This document shows, piece after piece, positions 50,816 through 64,000 of a stretch of DNA of 64,000 nt. The notes under the pieces were generated by a model. That model ran no database searches, was not told the origin of the DNA, and saw nothing but the letters and a program-made list of their open reading frames with translations. How positions within the stretch are numbered: position 1 is the stretch's first letter; every line of letters begins with the position of its first letter. This stretch comes from Eledone cirrhosa (taxonomy: Eukaryota), in contig OZ024746.1 in assembly GCA_964016885.1 (NCBI GenBank), positions 63,178,001 to 63,242,000 of the forward strand, read 5' to 3'. The position numbers and the translations under genes were made by a program.

Positions 50816-51389
50816 CTTATTTACTCATGATTTCAATGGAAGTATTACAGAACTATATCTTCACAGGATTCATTTCTATCAACTATCTTTGAGTTGCTCT
50901 TTATTTCCTGCTCATGTTTGATCATCTTGCAGCTCTTGAGGCATGTAACATCTGAACATCACAAATAAGAGAGGTCAAGAATTTGCTATAGTTCTATTTG
51001 AGAATGGCAGTAAAGTGGTAGTTTCGTTAGAATCAGATTAAAAATGCCTCTATATCAGTTCCAGTCCACTGCACTCAAATCCCACTGAAGTCAATGTCGC
51101 CTTTCATCTTTTCAAGGTTCATAAATAAATTACCAGTTCAATGGAGTCGGTTCTTTTCCTATACTCTCTTAATTTCCCTTCATCTTTTTCTCTGTATATT
51201 TCTCTGGAAGAAATCGGCTGTATTACGCCTGCAGAGAGATGGGCTCTGGCAGGTGTAAAATGCCAAAAACAAGCTGTGTTTAGGAAGGGCCTCTATGACT
51301 CCATTAGAAGTTAAGAGACCTTTTACCTTGTACCTAACTGAAACTTTAATGTTTTTTCTAATTCCTTTTTCCTCTTACCCATTCTTCAT

Positions 51390-51589
51390 TTAACCCTTTA
51401 TCATTTACATTACTCTATATTTACTATTTTATTTTCATGGCAAACACTTTATCTCACATATTATCGAATCTATGAGATTTTGAGAACAATACCTTAACAT
51501 AAGGATGACAGCCAGTTATGACCAGTTTGAACAGAAAGAGATGGGAGAATTCTGGCCATATACGGCCAGTTTAAATACTAAAGTGTTAA
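51390..51589 (+). mobile_element. piggyBac-type MITE
   Basis: TTAA flanks and family sequence. Confidence 0.85.
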
Positions 51590-51916
51590 TTCAGTGTCGC
51601 AATTTTCATAAAATTATTTAATAAATTCTACAGTTTTTTTAATGGAGGTGTCAAAGATATTGATGTTTGTAACCTTCGAAAAATTTTGTAACATATTCTA
51701 TTTATTTATTTTATTTAACGTAAACATAAAGTTGTGTCTAGTGCTTATGTCAATACTAAATAGGAGAAAGGGTAAAGTCAAGCCATCACAACATCTTGTC
51801 AATTAATAACAACTTTAACTGTCGCTGGTGTCATCTGTATATCATACTGGTAATCAATAGCTGTGTGGAAATTTCAAGTTGTTACAACTGCTGCTACTAC
51901 TAAATAATTATTATTG

Positions 51917-52440
51917 TGGATTGGCAGTATTGGTAGAGGGTCGGACGCCATGCTTTCCAGCATAGTTACGTCCCTTTACGATCTAAGTTCAAATCCCGCC
52001 GAGCTTGACTTTGCCTTTCATCCTTACGGGGTCGATAAAATAAAGTACCAGTAATGTACTGGGTAATTGCTGGCCTTGTGCCTAAAGTAGAAACAATTAT
52101 TTACTTTCCTGTTCTTTGTTGTACACAGGTATTGGACAAATGTACTCTCATTCATCAAAAGCTGTGTAATTTTTAGTATTATATACAGTGGTATATAATA
52201 AATTATATATAGATGTTAAACAATGATGATGATGATGTGTGGTGGATTGGCAGTATCGGTAGAGCACTGGACAATATGCTTCACAGCATAGTTACAAGCC
52301 TTTACAAATCCCGCCCAGGTTAACTTTGCCTTTCATCCTTATGGGGTCAATAAAATAAAGCACCAGTAACGTACTGGGGTCGATTTAATCGACTTTTCCC
52401 TCCTCCAAATTACTGGCCTTGTGCCTATACTAGAAATCAT
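51917..52440 (+). mobile_element. Two SINE copies (51917-52100, 52240-52440)
   Basis: A/B boxes and central domain as in 1698-1915. Confidence 0.88.
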
Positions 52441-53494
52441 TATATTTATATCATCATCATTTTTACGTCCGTTTTTCCAGGCATGCATGGATAGACAGGT
52501 CTTTTCAGGATCTTTCCATTTACCACCAGACTTGAACTCAGTTAACTTCAAAAATAAGACATGGTCCCTCAACCTGCTAGATATAGCAACCAATTCTACC
52601 TCAAATCATATTTTACTGCTTTAGAAAAGACAAGTACATGCTGGATAATTTAGTCCTGGATATAATGGGGGCAGATAACAGCTAGATTGCTTTGTATCAA
52701 GCAAGGCTGACCTTCGACTAATCAACCACATTGATGATGATGATGGTAATAGTTTCAGAATAGGTAAAGTTGATTTAATTAACCTCAGTATTGAACTGAT
52801 ACTTCACTTTTACTAACCTCAGAAGGATGAAAGACAAAGTGGACCATGGCAAGATTTGAACTCAGAATATAGAGAGTTGTAACTAAATACTATATTTTGT
52901 CCAACACTCTAATGCTTCTGCCATAAATTTCTGGTTTAGGACATTGAAGTTCTAAGAATTGTAAATGAGAATCTAAAGCTATTTATTTTTTTGCTATCAA
53001 TAAAATAAATACTCTTGTACAACTTTACTTTGATTGACTTTTAGTGACACAAACCATCTCTTTCTTCAGATTTTGAATTTTACCCTCTCATATTATGTAC
53101 TCTTCTTCTCACTATACCAAACTGCTAACTCTTTAGCACCCCTTTCTTTATTAAGCCTAACTCTTCATTCAGGGTGTCACCTTGTTTCTCACTCTCAAAA
53201 ATGCCAACATACAAAATGTTAGACCCTACACTCATCATATTAAATGGACTTTATTTACCCACAGCAGCTTGTTAATTTACACTTTAGATTAATTCAAAAT
53301 ATTCTCTGTAAAATAAATAAAAGTAAAAATTTGTTTGAATTCAAATAACATACTACTTCATTTTAATGTAGTTCATCTTTGTTTACATGTGTAATGTTTT
53401 TGAAAAGCAGCAGTGATGCATTTACTATTAGAATGACAGATCTTAAAATAGCTGTTAAATTAGACATTGACATTGACATGTACTTCTGCTATAT

Positions 53495-54105
53495 TATCAT
53501 TATCATATGTCAGTTTTTTTCCATACTTGCATGGTTAGGATGGGTCTTTTCCAACATAACATCCCCCCACTTGCTGCCTTCCTTCATCATTTCTTCTGCA
53601 AGTTTCGGTGACTTAAGATCAGTTCTCACCACTTCTGCCCAAGTCTTCCTTCATCTTCCTCTACTGTAACTTCCTTTCACTGGGATTTCTTAGCACTTTT
53701 TCTCCCAACAATAATCATTCATATGCACCACATGTCCATGCCAGTGCAGTCATCTCTTATACCCAGTTTTTCTTCCAGTTCATCCATGTTTTGTCATGCA
53801 CGCACATTGTCATACATCCATCGAAGCATGCTCACTTTATTTCTATCCAGGCAGTCATCACATATCTGCGGCATTTATTGGCCATGTCTCACAACCTTGC
53901 AACATCGTACATCACACACACCTCATACAGTTGGCCTTTCATTTATAGAGAAACCTTTTGTTGTCAACAGGACTAGTCGCTCCCTGAACCTTTTCCATCC
54001 TGTTTATACTCTAGCCACTATATTCTCAGAGCAATGCTTTCCATTGTTAATTAGGTCACATAGCTAGCAGAAGATATCAACCCCTTCTATGAGGCCTTCC
54101 CAGGA
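53495..54105 (-). mobile_element. Decayed RTE LINE 3' fragment
   Basis: Nucleotide homology to the 24603, 44425 and 62570 copies, with a (GAT)n-like tail. Confidence 0.85.
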
Positions 54106-54572
54106 CTGGAAAAAAACACTGAATTTATGTGAAGTTACACAGGGGAAAATTTGAAAAGTTCACATAAACAAATGGAGATTAGTCCAAGTCTATTTATACT
54201 GTTTAATGTGTCACATACATCGTTTAATCCCAGATCAACTCAAATCAAGCATCCCTCTGGGCATCTTGACCATCTTATTTTCAGACAGTTTATACATACT
54301 GTTGTTTCTAGCATGGTGAGTGACTACAAACAGTAAAATTAGGATTTTAATACCAACCTACTCCCAAACAGCCTCTGGTTCTATGAAACAGAACCACTCA
54401 TTTTAAAAGGTTTCTATTTAAATGAAAATCTTCCAACATAAGTTTATATAAGAACCTTCTTTTTGTTATGTTACAAATCCAGCTTAATAATGAAATAATT
54501 TTAGTAAATCCCACCTAAATTCTACTATAATTTATTCAAATGCAGCATATTTTATTAGAAATAACAAAAGAG

Positions 54573-54778
54573 TTAACCCTTTAGCATTCACATTACTCTA
54601 TATATACTATTATATTTTCATATATTGCATAATTATCTCACATAATATCGAATCTATGAGATTTTGAAAGTATTTATTTTGAGAACAATACCTTAACATC
54701 AGTTTCAGTGACCAGTTACAGCCAGTTTCAACAGAAAGAGGTAGAGAATTATGGCCGGTTTGAACATTAAAGGGTTAA
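54573..54778 (+). mobile_element. piggyBac-type MITE
   Basis: TTAA-CCCTTTAG ... TTAAAGGG-TTAA. Confidence 0.88.
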
Positions 54779-55846
54779 ACTATTTTCTAGGTTGAAACAA
54801 TCCTGTGGCAGTTTCTAAACACATGAAAAAATATGAATTTCCTTTGAATTTATAAAGATATATTTTTTTCATCATTGATGTGCCCCCACACATTCTTATG
54901 TATTTACATTTCCCCCTTGGTACTCAAAAGGTTCCCCACTTCTGACAATGAATGGCTCAACTTAAATCAAAGTAGGTTCTTTAGGTTTGTGTAATTAGTT
55001 CATTTCTGTTGGCAGTGACTGCAATATTGAGACATCCTTCTTTAACCTGTTTGATAATAAACTCTCTCTGGTTCTATCATATAAAACATATTTTAAAATG
55101 TTTATATTTAAATTAAAACCTTCCATTCTGTTGGGTTTTTTTGGAGGGGGGGGGGTTGTATAAACCATAATGATATGTTCCAAAAACTGATAATGAAAAA
55201 AATTAATTTTAATAAATAATCCCTCAATTCGTGGGTAATTTCAAAATGCATGAGTAGAGTATTTTATTAGAAATATGGTAGTGAATGAATTAAGGAAGAA
55301 GCACCCTTTTCTTCAAGAAAAAAGGTATTGGCTCTTGGGCAAGGAGCAACTCATTCTTTATAAAACAATACTTCATGCACCAACAAAGGTTCCTGCTGTA
55401 TTTATCTTCAATTTCTCATTGATATAGACACAAACACACACATATGTATATAAATACAAGCTTCTACATTGTTTTCATCTACCAAAATATCACACAAAAG
55501 CATTGGTCAATCCAAAGCTGTAGTAGCTCCTTTATTAAGGAGCTGCTCAGTGGGATTGAACCCAGAACCACATGATTACAAAATTAATTTCTTAACCCTA
55601 CATCTCTGTCTTTGATGATTGGGCTACTAGATCAGGGCTGATCCAAGTCTAAAATCAGCATACTGTAGAAACCAATAGCAACTTGTGTCTAGGTTATGTG
55701 CACCAAAAGCCACCTCAATTATGGAGATAAAATCGAGGAAGTGGAAGTAAAATACATATGGTTTAATTAATAAAATCATCTTAGTATTCATCCCCCCCTC
55801 TCTCTCTCTCGCTCTTTCTCTCTCTCTCATCCTGTTTATTTTTCAG

Positions 55847-55908
55847 ATATACTGGTATAAGTTTCATGTAACTGCCATTTCAGAGCTTTTGCATGAGCTG
55901 TTGATTTT
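55847..55908 (+). other. Candidate 62-nt internal exon
   Basis: TTTATTTTTCAG acceptor after a long pyrimidine tract and a GTAAGT donor at 55909. Only the phase-0 frame is open (IYWYKFHVTAISELLHELLI). Confidence 0.3.
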
Positions 55909-58869
55909 GTAAGTAGTTTTAAACTAAACCAGCTTCACATAATAAAACACTGTTACTATTTTAAGAAAGGAATCTGTACGTGTTCACTGGGGTTGCTAGA
56001 AATAACAGCCGAATTCTTTAAATCATGAAAACCCATCTTGAAGCTTTGTTGTTGGTTTAATGCTGAAGGTTGTTTGAGCTCCAAATTAAGCAGATCTATT
56101 GTGAAAGACACCACGCCACCTTTTTATATATCTAAAACTACATTATCCAATGAGTCCATTATGTGTTTAGAAGAGGATTTTGTCTCGAGCAATTTAGACA
56201 TTCATGTGAAGGCTCCTTAATTGATTTTAGATGCTGAAGGTTAAAATTATATTAACTAGATAAGTTCTAAAGAACAAACATTGTAAATGTTGTTAGAACT
56301 TAGTGCATTCTATAATCAGTTAATTTAATAGTTTACTCTTTTACTCTTTTACCTGCTGAGGCCATGCTGGGGCACCACCCTTGATAAATAATTTTTATAA
56401 TTTTCAATTACATGAGCCTCCTAACACCAATTACTTTACATTGTGTACTGGGTGTATGGTTTCTACGGCTGGATGCACCTAACGCCAAAGACTTTACGGT
56501 GTGTACTGGATGTATGGTTTCTATGGCTGGATTCCTCTCCTAACACCAAACGCTATCTTAAAAAATAGCAAATGATGACACTTGTTTTTGTTCTTCATAA
56601 ATAATATACATTCTTGTTGCTCAAAATCTGTCTTTATTCTACACATTTACTTTTGGAACATTTGGAAAATATATGCAACTTCTGTGAAAACAGCAGCAGC
56701 AAATTTTCTAAATATAGAAATTGATATTTGATGAAATAATGAATTAAAATTTTGTTGAAAAACTAACCAAAAATAGAAATATATCTCTATATAAACCTTA
56801 TGAATTATTGAAGTGCTGGGAGTGTTTGAAATTTGAAAATGTGAGAATCCCAAGCACAGAAACTAACTATTCACAGCTTGTCTTGATAAATAATAGAGAA
56901 ATTGGGTCACTTACCCTTAAAGGACACCTCTATCAAAATTTGTTCTGTCGCTAGGAGTAATTTACTCAATTTCTCAACTATTATTTATAGTGATCAACTC
57001 TTATTACATTTATTTGGGACTCTCACATTTTCAAATCTTTGTAGTTTTTTAATTAAATCATGTAGGTGTGAGTTAACTGGTTCTACAAATTCAGACTTTT
57101 TTTTTACTTTACTGGATTATTATTGTTTAGTCCCAAGAGACTCATAATCAGGCATTCCAGTTTGGCCCATTTATTCAGTCAGGGATTTGGCTGCTATTTC
57201 TAACTAACCATGCAATAATGTAGAGCCTCTCTAATTGGTTTGTTTTTCTGGATTATCAAATTTGTAAAACTTAGTCACTTTGTGTTTGTAATTGACTTTG
57301 TTTTAGCCCAGCCTCTATTGGTTCACTTGTAAATCATTCCTAGTTTGTTCTGTTATCAGATAACCAGTCCTCTTTTCATCACATGACTATATATATGACA
57401 TAATTAATACTTGTTTAAAATGTCTATTTATCTCCTTTTAGATAAAAATTTATTTTTCCGCATGTCTCATCTAATGTCTGAAGTTCATGAATGTATCAAA
57501 ATTTTCTTTGTTATTAAGTGTCATTCGGATTGACATTCTTTATGGAAATATCCTTTATAGTGCTCTCTCTCTCTCTCTCTCTCTCTCTAACATATATCGA
57601 CCAGACAGTGGAGAATTAACACTGGATATCTCCTGGCTGAAATATCAACAAATTATATCACTAATATTTATACAGTTGAGTTGCCTGATGAAATTGTATC
57701 TAAAGGCTTAAAATTACATAATCGATACCATGGAAATGCATATAACATCTATTATGCAATAAAATGTGAAGTGTAACCTTATTGCCTTCTACTTTATTAT
57801 TATATACACACACATACACACAATCATTTTCTATTTACTTTTCATGTTGGCATATTTTCATATGTATACATTTGGGAGGTGAGTAGACCCGCTTCAGTAT
57901 TGACTCAATTTGTAAAGACCCATTCAACTTTACTTGCAGGGAAAGCGGACGTTAAGTGATAATGATAAACCCTTACTGTCTCCTCTGTATGGACTTCATG
58001 ACAGGTTTATTTTGAGGCAATATTTTATAGCCAGATGTTCTTCTTGGTCTCAAGCTTTCGAATCACCAGGAATATGGCGTATCTATCTCAGAGCGTTTTA
58101 ATGAAGCAGTAATATTTTGTTCTCTTTAATATTAATTTTATCTTTCTGACTAGATAATTTAATTATTGTATACTCTAAAATAAGAATATATTTATAGTAT
58201 AAAATTACATAAAAATAAAGAATTTAATATTTAGTCAAACATATAGGAAAATAAAGTAGCATTGGAAAATGCTATAAATGAGAGGAAAAGGTGAGAAGGG
58301 GCAAGGATTATTAGGCAATGAAAGAAAGGAGGATAAAATTAAAACAAAGTCTGAAGCAGGTTTCTGTTGAAAACCAATTGCAATTATATCAACTGTCTTA
58401 AATTGTCCTGAAATAATTAAATATTGTGAGCATCTTCAACAATATGGTTTCTAGTTACAAGGAGAAAAGAAAATAATTTTCTTTTTGTGTACTTAACTGG
58501 CATTGATTGAAAGATTGTACAATCTCATGTTTAGATTGAACACCCATTCACTTCTGTGCATATAGTTGTCTGATAACAGATAAGATGGATATTTGTTTTC
58601 AACATTTTTGATTAAAAAAATGACTGGATTTTTTTTTTTTTATTTCATTCATTATTATTGTGGTTGTGGTAGTGGTGGCGGTAGTATTGGTATTACATAT
58701 GTGTTGATGATGATGATATGTAAATAAAGAGAGATGGGGGTGGTTAAACCTGACTGAAAAGGCTTGCTGAATACAAGCCGAAACCACTCTCTGATTTTTC
58801 CCATGCATAGAGTACTCCCCTAATTCATGGTCTTCTTGGTCTCAGCACCACAGGCATATCATTCATCGT

Positions 58870-59090
58870 TTAACCCTTTAGCATTGACATTACTCTATAT
58901 ATACTATTATATTTTCATGGTAAAGGCTTTACCTCGCATAATTATCTCACATAATAACAAATCCATGAGATTTTGAAAGTATTTATTTTGAGAACAATAC
59001 CTTAACATCAGTTTGAGTGACCAGTTACAGCCAGTTTCAACAGGAGAGAATTCTGGCCGGTTTTTGCCGGTTTGAACATTAAAGGGTTAA
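58870..59090 (+). mobile_element. piggyBac-type MITE
   Basis: TTAA-CCCTTTAG ... TTAAAGGG-TTAA. Confidence 0.88.
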
Positions 59091-59209
59091 TGTCTTTTTT
59101 CCATGCTGGTATGGGTTGTCCCATTTGAGGCAAGTCAGGTGAGGTGACAGTCTCGCTCATACAAAACTGTTTCTTTTATGGCTGGATGCCCTTTATACAC
59201 ACACACACA

Positions 59210-59261
<52 letters not shown>

Positions 59262-61276
59262 CACACGTCTTCCTTTGAAGAAAACTTGGCTATCTCTATT
59301 AAGAAACAGATTAATGTTTCAGTATTCTAAGAATTAAGCTGATATGTAAGACATCAGGACTGTGTTTATTCCACCATGGAGCAAATTAGTGTCTTTTATT
59401 TCTATATTAATCATAAGAGATTAACTGGACCTCGAAGTGATACATCCAAGTTATTAAATGGTGAGTAATTGTGGATAATGCATGCTTTGTTAGGAGATAG
59501 CTGTAAATGAATGGAGCAATCTTATCTAGGTTAGGTGGATAGATTTGAGCTATAATTTTATTATAGGAAAAAACCGATTTGTTTGCCTCTTTCAAAACTG
59601 ATTAAATATGGCCAAGCACACATAAAAGTTTTGATAATGGAGAATGTGTTTTTACCAATAATGTCTATGAAACTGGCAATTTTTTACTGTATTACTAATG
59701 TCATGTATTAAACTTTCTATTTCTGTAATGTTTGCATTGATACTGGCTCAACTATTCAAATCAGTACTAGTATACTAGTAGTATTTATTTTTGATGTCTC
59801 ACCATAGTGTTAAAATGACAAGTGATCCCTGTAAAATATTAGACAATATTTCAATATTTACATTTCACTTTATATTTGAATCTATATGAGCTATGTGGTC
59901 ACTCAACCAACTAATTTTTTTCAAATTACTAGAAAAATAACACATTGGATAAAGTAGTCCCAGGTGCTCTATGCTTGAAAATAAGACAAGGAAGTCATAG
60001 ATGGAACATCTTTGATCATAGATTTGATCAATCATTTCTGATCTTGGGCAAAAAAACCACATTGTCTCCATTCAGGGTTTACTGATTCCATTTTAGTGAC
60101 ATTGCTTTGTATCTCACATTACTAAAGAGCATTCTCTACTCTACTTTAGATGGTCTCCCCTGACTTGCTCGCAATTCTTCTTTTCGTGGTTTTTACCACT
60201 TTTTTCCATCATATGACCTTAGCCACTGAATATGGTTTTGTTTTGTTTTTACATCATATGTCCTTAGCCACTGAATATGGTTTTGTTTTGTTTTTACATT
60301 AGTGGAAAATATCTACACTAATCATTTCGCTCTAAGCATTTTTTCACAAACATTGTTTACTGCTATCACATAGTATTTGATAGAACCAAAATCCTTAGTT
60401 ATATTGACACAATTATAGGAAATTTCACCTAGTTTCCAACCAATGAAGTACTTTACACCAATGAATCTATTTTGGACTGTTTAGATGGTACCTTAGCTCT
60501 AAATGGTTCAAGAGGGTATCATTTGTTTATCTCATTCTTTTAAGGGAATCTTGACAAACTGGAATTGATAGTTATTGGTTTACAACACCTGTCACTTAAA
60601 CTATATAAATAATTTCATCTTGTTTATATATACTTGCTTTTTTTAAAGAATACTAATTTCTAAGTGTTGGCTGGTTCTACTAATTCAGATATTTGCATGA
60701 CTCAAAAGAGCAACATTTCACAGCTGAATGCCCAATGTAATAATTCCAACCACTGGGAGTAGTTTTCAAGAATACTAATTCCGAAAGTTAATGTAATTTA
60801 ACAAACAAAATAACAAAATACCTGCTAGGTTTGAATTGGAATTTCTGACATTTTAAGTTCAATTGTAATACATTTCAATTGTGACATACCTAAACTGAAC
60901 TACCATACAGTTTTTAGTTCTTTGTCCATTCTAAATATTCATTCTCCAACACTTAATCTCCTATACCACACGAAACCGCATTAGCAAGACATTTTTAAAA
61001 GGGACAAAACAACAGTATGACTACATCACATTAAAAGTTAGTCATTATTTTAATGCTACAAATTTTCACAATGATCTGTCTCCAAGTAACAGAGCTACAG
61101 ACATTTGAATGAACACATTTTATCTATTCTTCTACTAAAGCATTATGGGATGTTAATAAACTGGAAACATAAAATTTTGCAGAGAAAATTTGAAAACAAG
61201 CAAGTTCTCTTCTAATAATATTTATTTTCTTAAGTCTGCCTATATTGTAACTAAAAGCTCAGTAATCTTCTTCACG

Positions 61277-61480
61277 TTAACCCTTTAGCATTTATATTAT
61301 TCTATATTTACTATTGTATTTTTGTGGTAAAAGCTTTATCTTACATAATTATTTCACATAATATCGAATCTACTAGATTTTGATGTTATTCATTTTGAGA
61401 ATGGCCAGTTATGTTCGGTTTGAACAGAAAGAGGTGAGGATGCTGGCCGGATACAGCTGGTTTAAATGCTAAAGGGTTAA
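61277..61480 (+). mobile_element. piggyBac-type MITE
   Basis: TTAA-CCCTTTAGCATTTA ... TAAATGCTAAAGGG-TTAA. Confidence 0.88.
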
Positions 61481-61597
61481 AGTATATCAATGGTATACAC
61501 CCCACTTGAAAGTCTAAAATCTGAGGATGATATTCTAGTTTTATGAAATGGTTTTCAGTTGCTTCAACACTTCAAACATACACACATATATACATAC

Positions 61598-61663
<66 letters not shown>

Positions 61664-61859
61664 CCAACCAGCTCTCACTGGCAGGGAAAGCAGATGTTAA
61701 ATAATTATATATAAGTATTAATTACAGTCTGCTTAGTTCTACACCTCTATACCGACTGGAAACTACGCATCCAGTGCTCAATCTGGTGAACATACAGTAA
61801 CTGGACATTACATTTCCTATATATAGATATATATTTATTCATATATCTAGATATAGATA

Positions 61860-62222
61860 TATATTTATTCATATATTTATTTATATATGTATATATATTT
61901 ATTTATATATGTATATATATTTATTTATATATGTATATATATTTATTTATATATGTATATATATTTATTTATATATGTATATATATTTATTTATATATGT
62001 ATATATATTTATTTATATATGGATATATATTTATTTATATATGGATATATATTTATTTATATATGGATATATATTTATTTATATATGGATATATATTTAT
62101 TTATATATGGATATATATTTATTTATATATGGATATATATTTATTTATATATGTAAATATATATATATTTTTATTTATATATTTATGTATATTTATTTTT
62201 ATATATATATTTATTTATATAT
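61860..62222. repeat. 22-bp AT-rich minisatellite
   Basis: ATATATATTTATTTATATATG(T/G) units. Confidence 0.95.
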
Positions 62223-62569
62223 ATATCATCATCATCACCGTTTTACGTCCGTTCTTCCATGCTAGCATGGGTTAGACGGGTTGTCCTATTGTGGGCAGTG
62301 TCTGGTCGGCTGACCATGCCTTGCTCATACAGGAACTGATTTTGGCTTGATTTTTAGAGCTGGATGCCCTTCCTCATTTACAGTGAGTGCTGGGTGCTTT
62401 TTTCCGTGGCGCCTACATGTCCACTTTACAGTGTGGGCTGGGTGCTTTTTTTGCCATGGCACCTCCACGACTACTTTGCAGTGGGAGGGTGTGGGGGCAT
62501 ATTGTCTATATGCTTCAGTTTGTACCCATGGGAGGTCGGGTACTCTGTATTACTGCGTGATGCCAGAGG

Positions 62570-63432
62570 TCACGGTCGTGTGTCATCGCCTTTGAGAGGT
62601 GTAATTGGGTAAGGTCGGCTTTTATCACCTCATCCCAGGTCTTCTTGGGTCTCCCCACTCCGCGGTTTCCATTGACTTCTAGTGCTCTGCACCTTTTTAT
62701 GCAGCTGTCATCCTTCATACGCATCACATGTCTATACCAAAGCAACCGCCTCTCCTGCACACAGCATTTGATTCCTCTTATGCCCAGTCTCTCTCTCAAT
62801 TTATGCTTTGCCGTTTGCGTATATTACTATTACACATCCATTGGAGCATGCAGGCTTCGTTTCTTTCTAATCTACGTAAGTCTTCCACCTTCAGCGCCCA
62901 GGTCTCACTACTATGTAACATTGCTGTTCGGATACACGCATCATACAGTCTGCCTTTCATTTTGAGGGAGAAGCCTTTTGCAGCTAGCAGTGGCAGTAGT
63001 TCCCTGAACTTCTTCCATCCCGTTCTTACCCTAGTTATTGTACTTTCTGAACACCTACCTCCGCTGCTAATTCGGTCACCTAGGTAGCAGAAGCTGTCTA
63101 CTGTTTCTACAGAGCCCTCCCAGAGATTGGTGGTACTTGTTTCCTGTGGCTGTTTGCTGCTTGCTGTCCCAGCACAGCTGCTACATGTGAAGCATACATT
63201 CTTAATTAAGCTTCCTGAGATCCCGCTACATCTCTTGTGTACCCATTGTTTGAATTTGGGGCAGAGAATGGAGTTCCTACCTACACCTTTCCTACATACT
63301 GAGCAAAGCCATTTCCCTGAGGGGATCTGGGTTCTGTTTTCTCATCTACTTTCAAGGACCTTAGTCTTTGTCAGGTTGACTTTGAGACCCTTTCTTTCTA
63401 GTCCCTGCTTCCAAGTTTGGAATTTCTTCTCT
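62570..63432 (-). mobile_element. RTE LINE fragment (RT C-terminal half)
   Basis: MRERLGIRGIKCCVQERRLLWYRHVMRMKDDSCIKRCRALEVNGNRGVGRPKKTWDEVIKADL, with upstream [24 protein letters not shown]-like piece with an RTE-type tail lies at 62225-62480. Confidence 0.92.
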
Positions 63433-63491
63433 CTATATATATATTTATTTATTTATTTATATATATATATTTATTTATTTATATATATATT

Positions 63492-63522
<31 letters not shown>

Positions 63523-63545
63523 ATATATATATTTATATATATATT

Positions 63546-63576
<31 letters not shown>

Positions 63577-64000
63577 ATTTATTTATTTACATATATATAT
63601 TTATTTACATATATATATTTATATATATATATATTTATTTACATATATATATTTATTTATATATTTATTTACATATATATATTTATTTATATATGTATAT
63701 ATATATATTTATTTATATATTTATTTACATATATATATTTATTTATATATGTAGATATATATATATATTTATTTATATATGTATATATATATATATATAT
63801 TTATTTATATATGTATGTATATATATATATATATATTTATTTATATATGTATATATATATATATTTATTTATATATGTATATATATATATTTATTTATAT
63901 ATGTATATATATATATATTTATTTATATATGTATATATATATTTATTTATTTATATATGTATATATATATATTTATTTATATATGTATATATATATATAT
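63433..64000. repeat. (TA)n/(TTTA)n compound microsatellite
   Basis: Directly visible. Confidence 0.98.

Noticed and set aside
57680-57746. CTGATGA...GTATC/GATAC...GAAATGCATA motif
   Set aside because: Probably a decayed hammerhead, but stems I and II have mismatches at the junction, so it was not called as a feature.
59940-60200. Possible piggyBac transposase C-terminus on minus strand (GRPSK, NVRY, RQCGF, RCSI)
   Set aside because: Too fragmentary, with stops and frameshifts, to support without a search.
60207-60300. ~46-bp tandem duplication (also 103-bp at 31941)
   Set aside because: Ordinary local duplications with no additional signal.

Overview
AT-rich animal genomic DNA full of microsatellites. 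The SINE, LINE and microsatellite repertoire looks like an octopus/cephalopod genome, but that is inferred, not verified. No intact host protein-coding gene is recognisable. Nearly all long ORFs in the supplied track are translations of (CA)n, (TA)n or (TATG)n repeats, or of decayed transposons. The window is a mosaic of several element types: a very abundant tRNA-derived SINE, CORE-type SINEs, RTE, CR1-type and Ingi/Vingi-type LINE fragments, five 3' fragments of CRE-type (restriction-like endonuclease) retrotransposons, Tc1/mariner, hAT and piggyBac-type MITEs, and a probable Merlin remnant. It also holds a Penelope-like element (GIY-YIG) in inverted arrangement. The most striking signal is a dense set of short elements, mostly next to (TA)n, that carry minimal type I hammerhead ribozyme motifs. 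Most are long fold-back palindromes and one is a 184-nt retrozyme-like tandem dimer. They include a family with a compensatory U3-A8 catalytic core and families with a U.U pair at the base of stem II. Around 31.5-31.7 kb there are splice donors on both strands, suggesting a possible bidirectional promoter or first exons. A few candidate exons and a miRNA-like hairpin lie downstream; these gene-related calls are tentative. All coordinates were read by eye and may be off by a few bases.
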